A DNA stretch of 64,000 bases from an uncultured Acidimicrobium sp. (GTDB taxonomy: Bacteria; Actinomycetota; Acidimicrobiia; Acidimicrobiales; Ilumatobacteraceae), in contig CAYSRZ010000001.1 in assembly GCA_964433615.1 (NCBI GenBank), positions 1,366-65,365 of the forward strand. The letters run 5' to 3'. The notes under the pieces were generated by a model. That model ran no database searches, was not told the origin of the DNA, and saw only the letters and a list, made by a program, of their open reading frames with translations. Made by a program: the position numbers and the translations under genes. Positions 61,397-64,000 of this stretch are shown one piece after another; within the stretch, counting starts at the first letter, position 1; each line of letters opens with the position of its first letter.

Positions 61397-62116
61397 CTAT
61401 GGGCGATGCTCGAACATTGCGTTGCTGCGAAGTCGTCTTTCGTTGTGGAACTCCATGGCGCGCGAGGCGAGCCCGGTCACCTCGGACGTGGCCGACGACT
61501 CTGCGACCTGCAACGCAGCGACCAGTTGTCCTCCGAGAATCTGGCGCAACAGCCCGAGAGCCGACGGGGAGATCGACGGACCCGTTCGACAGGAGGAGCA
61601 CTGCACTCCTCCGTTGGCCACGTCGAAGGCGACGATGTCGCCTCCGGAACCGCACCCGATGCATTTTTCGACCTGCGGGGCAAGTCCCTCCGAGGCGAGC
61701 AACTTCCAATAGAACGCGGCGACGAGCACCGGGGACGGACTCTGTGCGAGCGTCGAGACCGCGCCGACCAGCATGCGGTAGATCTCCGGGCACGCCTCAC
61801 GGTCAGCAGACATGTGATCGGCGCCCTCCAGCAACGCCATCCCTGAGGTCAACACGTCGAGATCCGCACGCAGTTCTGGATGGGCCGAGACGAGTTCGAC
61901 TTGGGACACGACGTCGAGGTCCCGTCCCTTGTGCAGCAGGACGTCGACGTGGTTGAGCGGCTCGAGTCGTGCACCGATCTTCGACGTGGTCTTGCGCACG
62001 CCCTTGGCGACCGCGCGCACCTTGCCGTGGTGCTCGGTGAGCAACACGACGATGCGATCCGCCTCGCCAAGTTTGTAGGTTCGAAGCACGATCGCCCGAT
62101 CCCGGTAGTTCGTCAC
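61397..62116 (-). CDS. recO: DNA repair protein RecO
   Basis: AIVLRTYKLGEADRIV OB-fold start, Cys4 zinc site (CIGCGS...CSSC). Confidence 0.9.
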   Translation of the reverse strand: MTNYRDRAIVLRTYKLGEADRIVVLLTEHHGKVRAVAKGVRKTTSKIGARLEPLNHVDVLLHKGRDLDVVSQVELVSAHPELRADLDVLTSGMALLEGADHMSADREACPEIYRMLVGAVSTLAQSPSPVLVAAFYWKLLASEGLAPQVEKCIGCGSGGDIVAFDVANGGVQCSSCRTGPSISPSALGLLRQILGGQLVAALQVAESSATSEVTGLASRAMEFHNERRLRSNAMFEHRP

Positions 62117-62715
62117 GAGTCGATTCCTCCGAAACGACGCTCACGGCGCTCGAAATCGTCGACCGCCATCTCCACGTGCTCTGCGTTGAATTCGCTCCAC
62201 GGGACGTTGAGGAACACGAGCTCGCTGTAGCCGAGTTCCCACACGAGCGACGGAGGAAGTCGGGTCGGATCTCCGAAGATGATCACGAGGTCTGGATCGT
62301 CGAGCGCAGGATTGAGGATGGCGTTCTTCAACTCCTGTTCGTCGAAGTCGGGACTCGACAAGGAGTTCACCGCGTTGACGATGCGGTCGCGGCCGTCCGC
62401 GCACGTGTCGACGATCACGACGACGCCCCGTCGACTGACGTGCCAGACACGGTCCCCGCGACGCGTCCCGAAGAGCGCGTCGATCAGCCTGCCGATCAGG
62501 GCTTCGCGGTCATGCGTCGACGATGAACCAGACGTCGGACAGATGGTGATCCATCGGGCACCCATCGCCGCGACGCTGTCCACGACCGCGTCGATCTGTC
62601 GTGACCACTGTGCGGCGTCCGTTGAGCACCACTCCTCGAGGGTGCCACCACACACGACGACGTGCGACATCGCGTGCGAACCAGACGTTGGTCGAGAGAT
62701 TTCGCCGGTCGCCAT
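62113..62715 (-). CDS. Degenerate cis-prenyltransferase (UppS-fold) paralog lacking catalytic motifs but retaining the C-terminal RXG tail
   Basis: Last 200 aa of ORF 62113-63564; the rest is antisense to uppS. PDLVIIFGDPTRLPPSLVWELGYSELVF, VPWSEF and FERRERRFGG align to UppS regions IV-V and the tail. MDGNxRWA is replaced by VVCGGTLEEWCS, and FSTENW by ICPTSGSS. Confidence 0.7.
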   Translation of the reverse strand: MATGEISRPTSGSHAMSHVVVCGGTLEEWCSTDAAQWSRQIDAVVDSVAAMGARWITICPTSGSSSTHDREALIGRLIDALFGTRRGDRVWHVSRRGVVVIVDTCADGRDRIVNAVNSLSSPDFDEQELKNAILNPALDDPDLVIIFGDPTRLPPSLVWELGYSELVFLNVPWSEFNAEHVEMAVDDFERRERRFGGIDS

Positions 62716-62757
62716 TCGTCCATTGTCGCACGCCCGCTCGGTAGTGTTGCCGACATC

Positions 62758-63453
62758 ATGAGCGTCATTGATCCACGCCCGAGCGGTGTGCACGTGGCGT
62801 GCATCATGGACGGCAACGGTCGTTGGGCTCGCCGTCGTGGCCTGCCAAGAACCGAGGGCCACACCGCAGGCGAAGAAAACCTCGCCGAGGTCGTTCGCCA
62901 CGCTGCCCGGCGCAACGTCGGTTGGCTCACCGTGTTCGGCTTCAGCACCGAGAACTGGATTCGTCCACGGGCCGAGGTTCGCCACATCCTGTCGCTGCAC
63001 AAGAAACTGTTCGGACGTCTTGAGGAGTTGAACGAAAACAACGTGCGGGTGCGCTGGATCGGTCGTCCGTTCGACGAGCCTGAGGCCAAGACGCCAAGCG
63101 TCGTCCAGCGCGCCATCCGCCAGGCCATCGAAGACACGGCGCACAACACCGGCATGGTGCTGACCGTGGCGTTCGACTACGGCAGCCGAGCAGAAATCCT
63201 GCGCGCGGCACAGCGCGCGAAGAAGCTTCGTTCGGTCGTCGGGCCGACAGACATCGACCGGGAGATGTACCTTCCCGACCTGCCGAAGGTGGACCTCTTG
63301 GTGCGAACTTCCGGTGAGTCGCGGATCTCGAACTTCCTGCTCTGGCAGATCCCCGAATCGCGGATCTATTTCACCGAGCGCACCTGGCCTGATTTCGATG
63401 CATCCGAGTTCGACGCCGCGCTCGCGCTGCTCGATCGCTCGACCAACCCATGA
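62758..63453 (+). CDS. uppS: Isoprenyl (undecaprenyl/decaprenyl) diphosphate synthase, cis-prenyltransferase, C-terminally short
   Basis: VACIMDGNGRWARRRGLPR, FGFSTENW, DYGSRAEI, LLVRTSGESRISNFLLWQ, WPDF. The protein ends ...ALALLDRSTNP with no RRFGG tail. Confidence 0.9.
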   Translation: MSVIDPRPSGVHVACIMDGNGRWARRRGLPRTEGHTAGEENLAEVVRHAARRNVGWLTVFGFSTENWIRPRAEVRHILSLHKKLFGRLEELNENNVRVRWIGRPFDEPEAKTPSVVQRAIRQAIEDTAHNTGMVLTVAFDYGSRAEILRAAQRAKKLRSVVGPTDIDREMYLPDLPKVDLLVRTSGESRISNFLLWQIPESRIYFTERTWPDFDASEFDAALALLDRSTNP

Positions 63454-64000
63454 CCACGTTGTCGGTCGACGACCTCCTCGACGCCACAGTCGCATCGCTC
63501 GAGCATGCAGAGTCACGACCCGGACAGGCGACGATGGCACGCGAGATCGCCTCGTCGATCGCAACCGGCCGCCATCTCATCGCCCAAGCCGGCACGGGCA
63601 CGGGCAAGTCACTCGGATACCTCGTCCCCGTGGCCATGTCGGAAAAACGCACGATCGTTGCCACCTACACGAAGGCTCTCCAGGACCAACTGGCCCGATT
63701 CGACCTCCCACTCATTGCGTCAGTGGTGCGCGAGGAACTTGGTCGCGAGCTGAGCTACTGCGTCTTGAAGGGACGCAGCAACTACGTCTGTCTGCAGCGT
63801 GTCGACGAACTCACCGAGAGATCCTCTCGTGAACTGGACCTCGACCGTGCATCGTCCAACGCGATGAAAAAGATCATTTCCTGGTCCGCCACGACCACGA
63901 CCGGAGACGTCGGGGACATCGATTGGCCGATTTCAGATGACACCTGGAAGCAGGTTTCGGTGACGAGCGACGAGTGCCCGGGCGCCCGCAAGTGCCCACG
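63450..64000 (+). CDS. dinG: DinG-family ATP-dependent DNA helicase, N-terminal fragment (runs off the right edge)
   Basis: My translation from ATG 63450 (ATGA overlap with uppS): MTTLSVDDLL...HLIAQAGTGTGKSLGYLVP (Walker A), then Cys-containing segments (SYCVLKGRSNYVCLQ, SDECPGARKCP) typical of the Fe-S domain. The frame stays open to the window end. Confidence 0.8.
   Translation, partial: MTTLSVDDLLDATVASLEHAESRPGQATMAREIASSIATGRHLIAQAGTGTGKSLGYLVPVAMSEKRTIVATYTKALQDQLARFDLPLIASVVREELGRELSYCVLKGRSNYVCLQRVDELTERSSRELDLDRASSNAMKKIISWSATTTTGDVGDIDWPISDDTWKQVSVTSDECPGARKCP

Noticed and set aside
62716-63564. N-terminal 283 aa of the 483-aa minus-strand ORF 62113-63564
   Set aside because: This part is antisense to the clearly genuine uppS. 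Only the last 200 aa (from ATG 62715) show UppS-fold similarity, so the gene was trimmed.

Overview
GC-rich, very gene-dense chromosomal segment with actinobacterial-type synteny. There is almost no intergenic DNA, and many genes overlap by 1-8 nt at start/stop. I call 60 protein-coding genes (2 partial at the window edges), 2 tRNA-Leu genes and 1 terminator-like hairpin. I saw no rRNA, CRISPR array, transposase, integrase or phage genes. Layout: 0-4.9 kb holds a heterodimeric ABC exporter and small accessory genes. 4.9-6.6 kb is panBC. 6.5-22.4 kb is an accessory catabolic region. It contains a ProA-like dehydrogenase with a Gfo/Idh/MocA oxidoreductase, an MBL hydrolase, and a HemL-like aminotransferase coupled to a TauE-type permease. 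It ends with an 8-gene ~10.5 kb operon: two unrelated carbamoylases, two molybdenum hydroxylases, an SsnA-family amidohydrolase and an LLM (F420/flavin) oxidoreductase. 22.4-50.9 kb is one long minus-strand housekeeping block: DEAD-box helicase, gulonolactone oxidase-MFS-pyk, tRNA-Leu, secG, a peptide ABC importer, tpiA-pgk-gap, rapZ, uvrC-uvrA-uvrB, coaE, rpsA, a methyltransferase, polA, pdtaR, tRNA-Leu. 51-55.4 kb is the FAS-II operon fabD-fabH-fabG-acpP-fabF. 55.4-62.7 kb (minus strand) is fabZ, bcp, trpA-B-F-C, an ABM protein, glyQS, recO. 62.1-64 kb is a cis-prenyltransferase pair and dinG. Best candidates for something new: (1) A split cis-prenyltransferase at 62.1-63.5 kb: the catalytic UppS lacks the C-terminal RXG tail, and a divergently encoded, catalytically dead paralog retains it, a DHDDS/NgBR-like division of labour. 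(2) The uncharacterised N-heterocycle catabolic operon at 11.9-22.4 kb, which shares an XdhD/SsnA/YgfM-like core with the E. coli ygf locus but adds an LLM oxidoreductase and two carbamoylases. (3) FabD fused to a lysine-less biotinyl/lipoyl-like domain. All calls rest on motif recognition in the supplied translations; no database search was possible.
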